A model generated the notes under the pieces. The model was not told where the DNA came from. It saw only the letters and a program-made list of their open reading frames with translations, and ran no database searches. From NCBI GenBank assembly GCA_029261575.1, contig JAJDBD010000049.1, positions 6,549-70,548 of the forward strand: a DNA stretch of 64,000 nucleotides, in the 5' to 3' direction. Position 1 is the first letter of the stretch. Each line of letters begins with the position of its first letter. The position numbers and the translations under genes are program-made. Shown here piece after piece: positions 1-10,563 of this stretch. The DNA comes from Nitrospinaceae bacterium (GTDB lineage: Bacteria; Nitrospinota; Nitrospinia; Nitrospinales; JACRGP01).

Positions 1-1550
1 TGCTTCTGTTGGACGACGATATCCTGGTCAGCGAAACTATCGAAAATATCCGCAACGAGCAGGTCAACGCCGAATGGTCGTTGACTCTTGTTTTGAACAA
101 ATTCAACACGCTTTTCGAAAACATGAACGACGAGTATCTCAAGGGAAAACAGGACGACCTGGACCTGGTGGTGCACAGAATTCTGCGCAACCTTCTGGGA
201 CACGACCAGGAAACCCTTGCGGATATCGTCGAGCCGGTGGTGGTCGTTTCGCATTCCTTAAGCCCTTCCGACACGCTGACCATGTCAAAAAACCACGTCC
301 TGGGAATGGCGACTGAAGTTGGAGGAAAAACCTCCCATATAGGAATATTTTCGTCTGCTCTGGGAATTCCAGCGGTGGTGGGGATCAAAGACCTGACGCT
401 TAAGATAAATACCGGCGACCAGGTTATCATCGACGCCATTGAAGGCGAAGTGATCGTCAATCCCGACAAGGACCTTTTAAAAACTTACCTGAAGAAACAG
501 AAAAATTATCAAAATTACGAAAACAAGCTATTGGAGGAAATCGATTTAACCGCCGAAACCCTGGATGGAAGCCCCATTCATCTTGCCGCCAATATCGAGA
601 TGGAGCATGAAATAAAATCCCTGAGAAAATTCGGAGCGCGGGGGGTGGGGTTGTTCCGCACCGAATTTCTTTACCTCACCTCCTCCTCCCTGCCAACGGA
701 AAGCAGCCTTTTCAAAACTTTCAAAAAAGTACTTGAAGGGGTGGACCCTCATCCCGTGGTCATCCGCACTTTGGATATTGGAGGCGACAAGCTTTTAAAA
801 AATAGCGGGCACGACCGGGAAGACAATCCGGCCCTGGGCCTGCGCGGTATTCGCATGTCCCTACACAACCCGAAATTCTTCATTATCCAGTTACGGGCTA
901 TTTTGCGGGCCAGTCTGTTTGGCAAAACTAAAATTCTTTATCCCATGGTTTCCAATGTCGATGAAATCATCCAGGCCAACGAACTTCTGGAGCAGGTCAA
1001 AAAGGAGTTGCAGGAAAATCAGATTCCCTTCGACGACGAAATTGAAATCGGCGCCATGATTGAAACTCCCGCCGCCGCCATTTCAGTCAAGCATATACTG
1101 GAGGTCGTCGATTTTATCAGCGTGGGGACCAACGACCTGACCCAATACGTCATGGCAGTAGACCGCACCAATGAAAATGTGGCGCATTTGTATCAGCCCT
1201 TTCATCCTGCAGTGCTGAAAATTTTAAAAGAAATACTTCTCGCCGCCGAGCAGTCCGGAAAACCCGTCACTATATGCGGGGAATTGGGCGGGGACCCCAT
1301 GGCCACCATGCTTTTGCTGGGATTGGGCAAACTGGACGAATTGAGTATGGATCCGCACTCCATTCCAAAAGTAAAAAAAATAATTCGAAACATTCATCTC
1401 GACCAGGCCAGGGAATTTGCCGATCAGGTTCTGAATATGTCTTCCGTTAAAGAAATTAATCAGTTTATCGCAGAGGAAATGCGGGTTCGCTTTCCCTCGG
1501 ATTTTGACCGCGACCAGACCTTTGAGGAAAAACCGGGAAAAACCTGTTAG
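1..1550 (+). CDS. ptsI: Phosphoenolpyruvate-protein phosphotransferase (PTS enzyme I family), 5' end cut by window edge
   Basis: Reading frame is open to base 1; the track start at 9 is only a TTG. Phospho-His loop GGKTSHIGIFSSALGIPAVVG. PEP-utilizer barrel motifs GLFRTEFLY, IRTLDIGGDK, NPALGLRGIR, SVGTNDLTQY, CGELGGDP. Confidence 0.85.
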   Translation, partial: LLLDDDILVSETIENIRNEQVNAEWSLTLVLNKFNTLFENMNDEYLKGKQDDLDLVVHRILRNLLGHDQETLADIVEPVVVVSHSLSPSDTLTMSKNHVLGMATEVGGKTSHIGIFSSALGIPAVVGIKDLTLKINTGDQVIIDAIEGEVIVNPDKDLLKTYLKKQKNYQNYENKLLEEIDLTAETLDGSPIHLAANIEMEHEIKSLRKFGARGVGLFRTEFLYLTSSSLPTESSLFKTFKKVLEGVDPHPVVIRTLDIGGDKLLKNSGHDREDNPALGLRGIRMSLHNPKFFIIQLRAILRASLFGKTKILYPMVSNVDEIIQANELLEQVKKELQENQIPFDDEIEIGAMIETPAAAISVKHILEVVDFISVGTNDLTQYVMAVDRTNENVAHLYQPFHPAVLKILKEILLAAEQSGKPVTICGELGGDPMATMLLLGLGKLDELSMDPHSIPKVKKIIRNIHLDQAREFADQVLNMSSVKEINQFIAEEMRVRFPSDFDRDQTFEEKPGKTC

Positions 1551-1641
1551 AATATTTTTTCCATTCCAACTCTGGCAATGACTCAGTCCATAAAAATCTA
1601 ATAACATCTCAATCCATCACGTTAAAATAGAAGGGAGTTCC

Positions 1642-2802
1642 ATGAGCATAGGCAATTTTCTATTCACATCAGAATCCGTTTCAGAGGGCCATCCCGATAA
1701 AATTGCGGACCAGATTTCGGACGCGATTCTAGACAAAATTCTCGCGCAGGATCCCTTCGCCCGCGTTGCCTGCGAAACCATGATCACCACTGGATTCGCC
1801 ATGGTAGCGGGCGAAATCAGCACCAATTGCTATATCGAGGTTCCCCGTGTTGTGCGGGAAACCATCAAAAGAATTGGATACGACCATTCCGAAAAGGGTT
1901 TTGACTTTGAGACCTGCGGCGTTTTGGTTTCTTTCGACGAGCAATCCCGGGACATCGCCCAGGGCGTGGACGACGACAAAAAAGAACAAGGGGCCGGCGA
2001 CCAGGGAATGATGTTTGGCTACGCTTCCAATGAAACGCCGGAATTAATGCCCATGCCCATCATGTACGCCCACAAACTGGTGCGAAAACTATCTGAGTTG
2101 AGAAAAAAAGGCGTCCTCCCTTACCTGCGACCGGACAGCAAATCGCAGGTCTCCGTCCGCTATATCGACGGAAAACCCGTATGCATTGAAACGGTAGTTA
2201 TATCCACACAACACGACGCTAAAGTTTCCAACAGCCGGTTAAAATCCGACATTAAAAAACTGGTCATCGAAAAAATCATTCCGGAAAAGTTCCGCGCCAA
2301 AAAAATGAAAATCCATATCAATCCGACGGGACGATTCGTCATCGGCGGTCCCAATGGAGATTGCGGGCTGACGGGCCGCAAGATCATCGTCGACACCTAC
2401 GGCGGTTTCTCCCGCCATGGCGGAGGAGCCTTTTCCGGAAAGGACCCGTCGAAGGTCGACCGTTCCGCCGCCTACATGGCTCGCTATATTGCAAAAAATA
2501 TGGTGGCCGCAAAAATAGCGGACCGGTGCGAAGTGCAACTGGCCTACGCCATCGGCGTGGCCGATCCGGTTTCAGTTTGCGTCGACGCTTTTGGCACCTG
2601 CAAAGTGAATCCAGATATCCTCGAAGGTTTGGTGCGAGACCACTTTAAATTGAAACCTGCGGAGATTCTCAAAACTTTGGATTTGCGCAAACCCAAATAC
2701 AGCGCCACCGCCGCTTACGGGCATTTTGGCCGCAACGAACCCGGCTTCACCTGGGAAGTTACGGACAAGGCAAAAGCCCTGCGCAAAGCCGCCGGTTTAT
2801 AA
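1642..2802 (+). CDS. metK: S-adenosylmethionine synthetase
   Basis: 386-aa ORF with MAT signatures [28 protein letters not shown] and [35 protein letters not shown] lies just upstream of the ATG. Confidence 0.97.
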   Translation: MSIGNFLFTSESVSEGHPDKIADQISDAILDKILAQDPFARVACETMITTGFAMVAGEISTNCYIEVPRVVRETIKRIGYDHSEKGFDFETCGVLVSFDEQSRDIAQGVDDDKKEQGAGDQGMMFGYASNETPELMPMPIMYAHKLVRKLSELRKKGVLPYLRPDSKSQVSVRYIDGKPVCIETVVISTQHDAKVSNSRLKSDIKKLVIEKIIPEKFRAKKMKIHINPTGRFVIGGPNGDCGLTGRKIIVDTYGGFSRHGGGAFSGKDPSKVDRSAAYMARYIAKNMVAAKIADRCEVQLAYAIGVADPVSVCVDAFGTCKVNPDILEGLVRDHFKLKPAEILKTLDLRKPKYSATAAYGHFGRNEPGFTWEVTDKAKALRKAAGL

Positions 2803-2811
2803 ACTAATCAA

Positions 2812-2851
2812 GGAGGGGCGTTGGACCGGTTCCAACGCTCCCCTCTTTTTT
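2812..2851 (+). terminator. Rho-independent terminator after metK (between convergent genes)
   Basis: GC-rich stem GGAGGGGCGTTGGA / TCCAACGCTCCCCTC around loop CCGGT, followed by TTTTTT. Starts 10 nt after the metK stop. Confidence 0.8.
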
Positions 2852-2855
2852 CAAA

Positions 2856-3599
2856 TCACCCGCGTATTTTTCCCAACAATAAATAAGCCGAATTCGCGTA
2901 GACCGTTTGCGTCCGCACGATTTCAAATCCTGCCGCTTCCGCCTCCTCGCTCATTTCCTCCAGAGTGTAGGATTTCCAGAACTCCTTCTTCAATTGCCGT
3001 TCAATAAATTTCAGTCCAAAGTGAAGCGTCAACGGATAGAGCAGGTATTTCTTTATCCAAAACCTGCCAACTTCATTTGAAGCTTTATGCCACTTCAAAC
3101 TTTCCCGGATAATATTTTTTGCGTCGTAAGTTTTTGAAGGGTTCACCATCACCAACCTGCCGCCGGGTTTCAGAGCTTCCTTGATATCCCCTAAAACCCG
3201 CGCCCTGACAGCCGGTTCGGAAAGCGTATAAATAGAAAAATGCGCCAGCGCGGCGTCCGCGCTATTTTTCCGAACAGGCAGTCCATGATTTAAGTTGGAT
3301 TGAAATGTCAAAATCCGAAGCGCGCCTTGCCTGCCGGCATACCCTCCCCTCAAACGGCGAAGGCCGGTCGCCTGAACATCCGTCCCAATGTAACGTCCCA
3401 ACCCCGGTCGCATTTCTTTCAAAACAGCGAGCGCTTGCCCCGACCCGCAACCGACGTCCATAATCGTCATACCTGGGGCGTCGGGAAGGCAATCCACCGC
3501 AGCCTTCATGGATTCTTCATACGCCGCAGGAGTCAGAAGGTCGTACAGGCGCGAAGCAAACCCAAGCCGCCAATAATTATTTTTATAAAATTCTGCCAT
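2856..3599 (-). CDS. Class I SAM-dependent methyltransferase
   Basis: 247-aa ORF with SAM-binding motif I IMDVGCGSGQ and a later PGGRLVMVNP segment typical of the Rossmann-fold methyltransferases. Substrate unknown. Confidence 0.7.
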   Translation of the reverse strand: MAEFYKNNYWRLGFASRLYDLLTPAAYEESMKAAVDCLPDAPGMTIMDVGCGSGQALAVLKEMRPGLGRYIGTDVQATGLRRLRGGYAGRQGALRILTFQSNLNHGLPVRKNSADAALAHFSIYTLSEPAVRARVLGDIKEALKPGGRLVMVNPSKTYDAKNIIRESLKWHKASNEVGRFWIKKYLLYPLTLHFGLKFIERQLKKEFWKSYTLEEMSEEAEAAGFEIVRTQTVYANSAYLLLGKIRG

Positions 3600-3622
3600 C
3601 CTCTGCCGACGGATTCTCTTTC

Positions 3623-3651
3623 TTGCGGGCTTCCGTTAAAATTAATATAAT
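3623..3651 (+). promoter_or_regulatory. Sigma70-type promoter candidate for hypothetical gene 3690..4127
   Basis: TTGCGG (3623-3628), a 17-nt spacer, then TATAAT (3646-3651), in the divergent spacer. Confidence 0.35.
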
Positions 3652-3689
3652 GATTTTACCAAATGGGATCATCAAGGGAGTCGGTTTAC

Positions 3690-4127
3690 ATGGCAAAAAA
3701 ACCTTTTATCAATAAATACGGATTTGTGGAATATCCCTTCCTGCACGACACGAGGAAGATGAGCAATTGGTGGTTTTTTAATTTACTGGAGGACTACCTG
3801 AAACGGCGCGCCAGGCATAAACACGGGGCCGGATACACCCGCGATCATATGGACGAAGACCTCATGTCGTTTCTTCACGAAACCAACTTAAAACTTTTCG
3901 TTCTGCTCCCCGCGGGCATGGGTATGGAATTCAAGCTGATCGGAAAATTCAAAACGCCCGAGCTGATAGAAATCGAGGACCCGGTGCCCTATATTGAGGA
4001 AAAATACGGCGGCGGTAAATTTAAAATGAACATTTACCACGAGGGGACGTTCGCGGGGACGGAAAATTACAAAACACACGGCGAACCCGCCTGGGTGGAG
4101 ATTCCCGACGATTCGCCCTTGGCCTGA
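3690..4127 (+). CDS. Hypothetical protein
   Basis: Track ORF is 3663..4127. The ATG at 3690 has AAGGGAG 9 nt upstream and is preferred. No family motif recognised. Confidence 0.45.
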   Translation: MAKKPFINKYGFVEYPFLHDTRKMSNWWFFNLLEDYLKRRARHKHGAGYTRDHMDEDLMSFLHETNLKLFVLLPAGMGMEFKLIGKFKTPELIEIEDPVPYIEEKYGGGKFKMNIYHEGTFAGTENYKTHGEPAWVEIPDDSPLA

Positions 4128-4145
4128 AACCCGCCCCGACGACGA

Positions 4146-4559
4146 TTATAATTGCTCGTCCGGGTTGATGGGTTTTTGCACCAGGTCGATTTTGGCTTTT
4201 AAATTGGCGGGCATCTGATTGGGACCTTTTCCCAAAGCCGTGGGTTTCTGGTCGCCTTCCAAACCTATCCAGACGTTTCCCTTGGCCACGCGGACGGGAT
4301 AGACCTTTGTGAACAACTCCGGATTTTGCCGACATCCCCCGGTTTCCAAATCGTAACGCCATTCGTGGTTGGGGCAAATCACCACGCCTTCCTCGATTCT
4401 CCCCTCCCCCAACGGCGCGCCCTTATGAAGGCACTTGTTGGCAACGGCGTAATATTTCCCTTTATAATTAAATAAAGCGATCTCCTCGCTTTTGGCCGCA
4501 ACGATGATGGACTTGCCTATTGGTAGTTCTTCCTCTTTGACGACCCTTACAAATTTCAT
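4146..4559 (-). CDS. Small Rieske [2Fe-2S] domain protein (NirD / ferredoxin-subunit-like)
   Basis: Rieske ligand boxes C-L-H and C-P-N-H separated by 16 residues (CLHKGAPLGEGRIEEGVVICPNHEW). 137 aa. Starts 15 nt after the tig stop. Confidence 0.75.
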   Translation of the reverse strand: MKFVRVVKEEELPIGKSIIVAAKSEEIALFNYKGKYYAVANKCLHKGAPLGEGRIEEGVVICPNHEWRYDLETGGCRQNPELFTKVYPVRVAKGNVWIGLEGDQKPTALGKGPNQMPANLKAKIDLVQKPINPDEQL

Positions 4560-4574
4560 TTTATTCCCAATCCC

Positions 4575-5963
4575 TCAAGACGCCTTGCCGCTTTCCGACG
4601 CCTCGGATTCCTTCTCGGTTTCCTCGATAAATTCAAATTCGCAATTGGCGTAAATCAGGTTGAGCGCCTTTTGCCCGCGAATTTTCGAGGTGGTGTGCGC
4701 CATGGATTCCCGGTTGTTCGTCACCCGCGCCTGAATTTGCTCCAGGGTCTGCTTGGTCTCATCCGCCAGGCGCTGATATTCCTGATCCATGTCGCTTTGC
4801 GAAACCTGAATTTTTTCTTCGTCCGCAACGGCCTCCAAAATGGAATAGCCTTTGGCGTTAAACTCGGCTTTTTCTCCCCATTCCTTTTTGGCCCGGTCCT
4901 CGTCAAACCCGGAGTCCTCCCATTTCATCCCGGATTTTTGCATCTGGTATTTCACTCCCTCGACCATAAACTTCAATTCGCGTTTTATGGCGGATTCGGG
5001 CGGAGAAAGATCGTTGTCCTTGATGAGTTGGTTAAAAATCTCTTCTTTAATTCGAACCTCCTCCTGCTGCTCCTTAAACGCCTGGAGGTCGGACTTCACG
5101 GCCAATCGAAATTTCTCAACCGAATCCATCCCAATTTCTTTTCGCTTTACAAGTTCGTCCGTCAATTCCGGCAACACCAGTTTCTTGATGTCTTTCATTC
5201 GCACATTAAACAGCCCGACGTCGACCTCTTCGTCTTCCTCGCTTCCGGGAATGGGCATGCTGACGCGCTTCATTTTATTATTCCAATCCGTGGGCAACGC
5301 CACCTTCACCTCGAACTCCTCGCCTTTTTTATGTCCGATCAATTGCCCCTCAAATCCCTCGATCATTTTCTTCTGACCAATACGAACGGAGTAATCCCGC
5401 GCGTCGCCGTTTTCCAGACGCTCTCCATTTCTCTGGAATCCCTCGAAATCCAGCAAAACGACGTCTCCCATTTGCGCCGCATGGTCGTCCTCAAAAGGTT
5501 CCAGTTCCCCCAACGGCTCCAGAATTTTTGCAATCGCCCCGTCCACTTCCCTGTCTGTCGCCTTGTACAATTTTCGCTTGAACTTAAGGCCCATATAAGG
5601 CTTGAGTTGGACGTCTTCTTTTACGTCCAGCAGAACGGTGAATGAAAACGCCGCATCCTTCTTTAATTCCTTCAATTCGCTGTGGTCGATATCCGGCTCT
5701 CCAGCAGGAGTGATGCCAGACTCCTTAAGCGCTTTCTCATAATATTCCTGCATCAATTCCTGAAACAGACTGGTGAAGGACTGGATCGGCACCTGTTTTT
5801 CCAGAATGTTTTTCGGAATTTTTCCGGGACGAAATCCCGGCATCCGGATTTGTTTGTTGACGTCCTTGTAGGCCTGCTCCACGCGGCTGGACATGACGGT
5901 TTCCGGGATTTTGATTTTTAATTTCCGCTTCCGGCCTTCTAATTCGACAACTTCGTATTCCAT
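4575..5963 (-). CDS. tig: Trigger factor
   Basis: 462-aa acidic ORF with the N-terminal ribosome-binding signature GFRPGKIP, a central FKBP-like segment and a long helical C-terminal arm region. Confidence 0.9.
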   Translation of the reverse strand: MEYEVVELEGRKRKLKIKIPETVMSSRVEQAYKDVNKQIRMPGFRPGKIPKNILEKQVPIQSFTSLFQELMQEYYEKALKESGITPAGEPDIDHSELKELKKDAAFSFTVLLDVKEDVQLKPYMGLKFKRKLYKATDREVDGAIAKILEPLGELEPFEDDHAAQMGDVVLLDFEGFQRNGERLENGDARDYSVRIGQKKMIEGFEGQLIGHKKGEEFEVKVALPTDWNNKMKRVSMPIPGSEEDEEVDVGLFNVRMKDIKKLVLPELTDELVKRKEIGMDSVEKFRLAVKSDLQAFKEQQEEVRIKEEIFNQLIKDNDLSPPESAIKRELKFMVEGVKYQMQKSGMKWEDSGFDEDRAKKEWGEKAEFNAKGYSILEAVADEEKIQVSQSDMDQEYQRLADETKQTLEQIQARVTNNRESMAHTTSKIRGQKALNLIYANCEFEFIEETEKESEASESGKAS

Positions 5964-5985
5964 TAATTTTCCTCGACTGATATCA

Positions 5986-6045
5986 GGGCGTCTCTAAAAA
6001 GCGCTCATGGCCGCGAGCGGCCCTTATGAAATAAGGGCCGGCGAG
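5986..6045 (-). repeat. Intergenic repeat family 1, copy C (inverted orientation, with hairpin)
   Basis: The minus strand reads CTCGCC + GGCCCTTAT-TTC-ATAAGGGCC (hairpin 6019-6039) + GCTCGC + GGCCATGAGCGCTTTTTAGAGACGCCC. It is colinear with copy B. Confidence 0.55.
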
Positions 6046-6096
6046 GCCGCCGAAGGCCAGGACGCCCAATTAATATAAATCCCAACTAAACTTTAA

Positions 6097-7248
6097 TTAA
6101 ACGGCTGTTTCCTGTTGCTTCCCAAAGCGTTCCTTTATAATACGATCAACCTCGGTCTTGAGCTTCGGCAATATTTCATCGTACGAGTAGGCCCCTAAAG
6201 GCTCCGGTCCTTGCTTCAGGTTCACCTTGGTGGGACCGCACCACAAGCCAAGGTCCGCGTCGTCCGTCTCTCCCGGACCGTTCACCCGACAACCCATCAC
6301 CGCGATGGTGAGTTTGTATTTTTCCGCGTAACGGGTCAGTTCTCGAACGTCCTGCGCCAGTTCGACGAATTTATCGTTCTCGACCCGCGAACAACTGGGG
6401 CAGGAAATTATATTCAACCGGTCGTTAAAGTTTTCGGGAACCGACCGGAACCGGCCCTCGCGGATGTCGTCAATGATTTGCCTGCCAACGGTAATTTCCT
6501 CGCCCTTTTCCTCGTTCGGCAGGGTCAGGGAAACGCGAATGGTGTCTCCAATGCCCGCGGAAATCAACTGCTCAAACGCGATCCGCGTTTTGATAATTCC
6601 TTCCGGCGGCATCCCCGCCTCCGTCACCCCGAGATGCAACGGGACGTCGGGACGTTCCTTCGAAAAACGCTTGTTGGCGTCGATCACTTTTTCGACGTCG
6701 GAATCTTTAAGCGAAACGCAATAATTCACGAACCCGAGTTCGTCCAATATTTGGCAATGGTCCGCGGCGGAGCGCACCATGGCCTCCACGGAATCGTCGG
6801 GATACCTGGCTTGATAATCCGGGTCGACGGAACCGCCGTTGACTCCGATGCGGATGGCGCAATCGTTATCCTTCGCGGCGTTCACAATGAATTCCACTTT
6901 TTCCCGAATGGTCTTGTCCTTATCAAGGTGGTACAGATGCCCCGGATTGTAACGGATCTTGTCCACATGGGCCGCCACCTTTTCCGCCAAACGATAGTTC
7001 TCCTGAAGATCGACGGAAAGAACGCTCTTCGTATGTTTCCGAATTTCTTTAAGGGCTTCCAGGTCCCGCTCGTCGTCGATCGCTATGCGAATCACGTCGG
7101 CATGAGCCTTTTCAAGAATCTCCACCTGGCGTCTGGTCGCGGGAATATTCCTGGTTTGCGTGGCGGCCATGCTCTGAACGGCAATCGGGGAGTCGCCCCC
7201 GATCTCCAGCCTGCCGATTTTGATTTTTCTAGTTTTCCTGGTTTTCAT
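6097..7248 (-). CDS. ispG: 4-hydroxy-3-methylbut-2-en-1-yl diphosphate synthase
   Basis: 383-aa GcpE-family ORF with the Fe-S ligand region IISCPSCSR ... [12 protein letters not shown] and a TIM-barrel N-terminal half. Confidence 0.93.
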   Translation of the reverse strand: MKTRKTRKIKIGRLEIGGDSPIAVQSMAATQTRNIPATRRQVEILEKAHADVIRIAIDDERDLEALKEIRKHTKSVLSVDLQENYRLAEKVAAHVDKIRYNPGHLYHLDKDKTIREKVEFIVNAAKDNDCAIRIGVNGGSVDPDYQARYPDDSVEAMVRSAADHCQILDELGFVNYCVSLKDSDVEKVIDANKRFSKERPDVPLHLGVTEAGMPPEGIIKTRIAFEQLISAGIGDTIRVSLTLPNEEKGEEITVGRQIIDDIREGRFRSVPENFNDRLNIISCPSCSRVENDKFVELAQDVRELTRYAEKYKLTIAVMGCRVNGPGETDDADLGLWCGPTKVNLKQGPEPLGAYSYDEILPKLKTEVDRIIKERFGKQQETAV

Positions 7249-7494
7249 TATTTAGAGAACCCTTAACGGTTTAACGGTTAGGAAATTAAAGTCCGGCTTC
7301 CATTTTAATCTGCGTTTCAGACTATCAAAATAACCTGCGGCAAACAAACACAATTGTAAATCTCCCGCGCGAACGTTTCTATCGGGTCGCGCATTTCAGA
7401 ATATGATTCTCTGGAGGATTAATGCAAAGAATGGATATAATGATACAATTAATATCTTATTCAAAAACCCCCTGACCATTCTTTTCTTCAAACC

Positions 7495-9357
7495 ATGAAA
7501 AAATTATTTTTCCTACTCGCCCTGAACGCTCTTTTTTCAACGCTGGCTTTTGCCGAACCCCAACACGGATTGTCCTTATACGGACCGGGCGGATTAAAAT
7601 ATAACCCCGGTCAACCTTACGACTACGCCAATCCAAAAGCCCCAAAAGGCGGCCAGCTCACACTGAGCGATTTCGGGGCTTTTACCAAATTAAACCCAGC
7701 CTCTCTCAAAGGCGTCATCGCTCCCGGCGTCGGTGGATTCGTTTTTCAAACTCCCATGGACAGTTCCATCGACGACGACGAACCTTTTTCCCAATACGGC
7801 CACCTTGTGGAAAAAGTGGAATTGGCCGACGACCGCATGAGCATGGTGTACCACATTTACAAAAACGCTCGCTTCTCGGACGGCCATCCGGTCACGGCGG
7901 ACGATTTCGTTTTTTCCTTCGAGGCGATTCAGCATCCCGAATACCACCCGGTCTACAAACAATATTTCAAGGATATTAAAAAAGTCGAAAAGCTCGACAA
8001 TCACCGGGTGAAATACACTTTTGCGATTTTTAATCAGGAGCTTCCCCTCATCACCGGGCAAATGTTTATTCTCCCCAAGCATGTCTACGGAGCCGAAGGA
8101 AAAAATTTCGGAACAGATTTCGATGAAATCGCCGTGGGAAGCGGGCCTTATGTGGTGGACAAATTTGAGTTTGGAAAGTTCATCACCCTCAAACGCAATC
8201 CCGACTGGTGGGGCAAGGATCTCGCCGTCAATAAAGGCCGCTACAATTTTGACAAGATCACCTGGAAGGTTTATCTCGATCCCGTCGCCCAGCGGGAGGG
8301 ATTTACAGGCGGCGGATTCGACGTCATGCTGGTCAACAGTTCGCGCGACTGGGCGTTGGATTTTCAAGGGGACTTTGTAAAAAAAGGCTATTACATTCGC
8401 CGCAAGGTTCCCCACAACCGGGTGGCGGGGATGCAGGGTTACGCCATGAACCAGCGCAACGGTTTATTTCAGTCGCGGAAGGTTCGCGCCGCGATGGCTT
8501 TGGCGTTCGATTTTGAGTGGAGCAACAAGAATCTTTTTTATAATCAGTACACCCGCAACGAATGTTACTTCGACAATAATCCGGAAATGAAGGCCAAGGG
8601 CCTGCCCTCCGGCGAAGTAAAAAAAATCCTTCTCGATCTTAAAAAGCGATACCCCAAACACGTTCCCAAAACTGTTTTCACCAAACCGGTAGGAACTCCC
8701 GGCCAGGGGACGTCGAATGAAAAAAATCTGGCGTTGGCGAAAGCCTTGCTGGATTCCGCCGGATGGAAACTGGGAAAAGACGGTATCCGCAAAAAGGACG
8801 GAAAAAAGTTTTCATTCACAACCGTTTTGGCCAGTCCAGCTTTCATGAGAATCACCGAACCCTTTAAGAATAACCTTCGTAAAATTGGGGCGGACATGGA
8901 CGTCAAACTGGTCCAGGTTGCGGAGTACGAGGAAAAGCTTAGAAATTTTAAATTCGACATGGCCGTCGTCAGTTTCCCCCAAAGCCGTTCTCCGGGAAAC
9001 GAGCAGCGATACATGTGGGGGAGCGAATCGGCGGATACCCCCGGGAGCCGGAATTTTATGGGGATCAAGAACCCCGCCGTCGACGAGTTGATTGAAAAAA
9101 TTATCCAGGGCAAAACCCGAAAAGAACTGATCGATTATATCCAGGCCATGGATCGAATTTTAACGCACGAGTTTTATCTGGTTCCCCACTGGTATATCGC
9201 TTACGATCGCGTGGTCTATTGGAACCGGTATTCCGGCCCAAAAGTCAACGCATCGCAGGCTAGCATCCTGAACAACATCCTGGAGTGGTGGTGGCTGGAT
9301 CAGTCCAAAGCCGACAAATTAAAACAGGCCCGCAAAACGAACGTCGCGGTGAATTGA
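7495..9357 (+). CDS. yejA: ABC transporter substrate-binding protein, family 5 (YejA-like peptide binding protein)
   Basis: 620 aa with signal peptide MKKLFFLLALNALFSTLAFA. First gene of an SBP - permease - permease - double-ATPase set matching the yejABEF layout and sizes. Confidence 0.75.
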   Translation: MKKLFFLLALNALFSTLAFAEPQHGLSLYGPGGLKYNPGQPYDYANPKAPKGGQLTLSDFGAFTKLNPASLKGVIAPGVGGFVFQTPMDSSIDDDEPFSQYGHLVEKVELADDRMSMVYHIYKNARFSDGHPVTADDFVFSFEAIQHPEYHPVYKQYFKDIKKVEKLDNHRVKYTFAIFNQELPLITGQMFILPKHVYGAEGKNFGTDFDEIAVGSGPYVVDKFEFGKFITLKRNPDWWGKDLAVNKGRYNFDKITWKVYLDPVAQREGFTGGGFDVMLVNSSRDWALDFQGDFVKKGYYIRRKVPHNRVAGMQGYAMNQRNGLFQSRKVRAAMALAFDFEWSNKNLFYNQYTRNECYFDNNPEMKAKGLPSGEVKKILLDLKKRYPKHVPKTVFTKPVGTPGQGTSNEKNLALAKALLDSAGWKLGKDGIRKKDGKKFSFTTVLASPAFMRITEPFKNNLRKIGADMDVKLVQVAEYEEKLRNFKFDMAVVSFPQSRSPGNEQRYMWGSESADTPGSRNFMGIKNPAVDELIEKIIQGKTRKELIDYIQAMDRILTHEFYLVPHWYIAYDRVVYWNRYSGPKVNASQASILNNILEWWWLDQSKADKLKQARKTNVAVN

Positions 9358-9412
9358 CCGGCGTCCCTGACGCTCCTATCCTTATCAGAAACGTCAACTT
9401 TCTCCTCCCGTC

Positions 9413-10555
9413 ATGATCAGCTATATCATTCGCAGATTGCTATTCATGCTTCCGACCCTGGTCGGGATCCTCACCATCACCTTCATCGTCATTCAATTTG
9501 TTCCCGGCGGACCGGTCGACCAGATGAAATCCCTGCTCCGGGGCCATAGCGGCGTTTTGACGGAAGCGGGCGGCGGGGCGGCGCTGGACGTCTCTGGACG
9601 AAAACAGGAGGAACTGGATCCCAAATTCCTGGAGCAATTAAAAAAAATCTATCACCTGGACCGTCCTCTCTGGGAAAGATACCTGCGGACCTTGGTCTGG
9701 TATTCTCCCAAACAAAACGACCGCCCCTTTCTGGAAAAGGTTTTCGATTACGACAACTGGGAGGGATTCCTCGTCTTCAAGTTTGGCGATTCGTTTTACC
9801 GCAACAAATCGGTACTGGAACTGATCGTGGAAAAACTGCCGGTCTCCGCTTCCCTCGGCGTGATCAGTTTTTTTACCACCTACATCGTCTGCATCATCCT
9901 GGGAGTATTCAAAGCCGTCAGGCACGAATCGACTTTCGACGCCGCAAGCAGTCTGGTCGTTTTGGTTGGGTACAGTACGCCGGGATTTGTTTTGGGAATT
10001 TTCCTGATTGTTTTTCTCGGTCCGGGAGACGGCGCGGTGGCGCACCTGATTCCGCTGGCCGGTCTCACCTCTGCGGGAGTTCCGGGATACGAGGACTGGT
10101 CCGCCTGGGAGAAGCTGATCGATTACCTGCATCACCTGGCCGCTCCATTGGTCTGTTTCATGGTCGGGAGTTTTGCCACCCTGACCATGCTGACCAAAAA
10201 CGCCGTGCTGGAGGAGATGCGCAAGCAATACGTGCTCACCGCAAAAGCCAAGGGACTCTCCGAACGCGCGGTCCTGTTCAAGCACATTTTAAAAAATTCC
10301 CTCATTCCTCTGGTCACCGGTTTTCCTATCGGATTTTTGGCTATGTTTTTTACGGGATCTCTTTTGATCGAGCAAATCTTCACGCTCGACGGATTAGGTC
10401 TTCTCTCTTATCAGGCGGTGATCCAGCGCGATTACCCGATTGTCATGGGAAACCTGTTCATCTTTTCGCTGATGGGGCTGGTGGGGCAATTGTTGACGGA
10501 CGTCTCCTACGTTCTCATCGATCGAAGAATTTCTTTTGAAGAATCTCAAGGTTAA
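9413..10555 (+). CDS. yejB: Peptide ABC transporter permease (YejB-like)
   Basis: 380 aa. N-terminus IIRRLLFMLPTLVGILTITFIVIQFVPGGPVDQ and EAA-loop region YVLTAKAKGLSERAVLFKHILKNS closely resemble YejB/DppB-type permeases. Confidence 0.85.
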   Translation: MISYIIRRLLFMLPTLVGILTITFIVIQFVPGGPVDQMKSLLRGHSGVLTEAGGGAALDVSGRKQEELDPKFLEQLKKIYHLDRPLWERYLRTLVWYSPKQNDRPFLEKVFDYDNWEGFLVFKFGDSFYRNKSVLELIVEKLPVSASLGVISFFTTYIVCIILGVFKAVRHESTFDAASSLVVLVGYSTPGFVLGIFLIVFLGPGDGAVAHLIPLAGLTSAGVPGYEDWSAWEKLIDYLHHLAAPLVCFMVGSFATLTMLTKNAVLEEMRKQYVLTAKAKGLSERAVLFKHILKNSLIPLVTGFPIGFLAMFFTGSLLIEQIFTLDGLGLLSYQAVIQRDYPIVMGNLFIFSLMGLVGQLLTDVSYVLIDRRISFEESQG

Positions 10556-10563
10556 GGCGCGTC

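Noticed and set aside
1551-1641. Checked for a SAM riboswitch or other leader upstream of metK.
   Set aside because: The spacer is only 91 nt, AT-rich, and has no recognisable SAM-I/II helices.
4671-5645. Long antisense ORFs opposite real genes: 4671..5645 opposite tig, 6211..7266 opposite ispG, 7690..8415 and 9638..10285 opposite the yej genes, 21198..21881, 27563..28225, 36020..36844, 37266..37979, 61234..61992.
   Set aside because: Each lies fully inside a gene with strong family motifs on the other strand. Their translations are Arg/Gly/Pro-rich or low-complexity with no motifs, which is typical of shadow ORFs.
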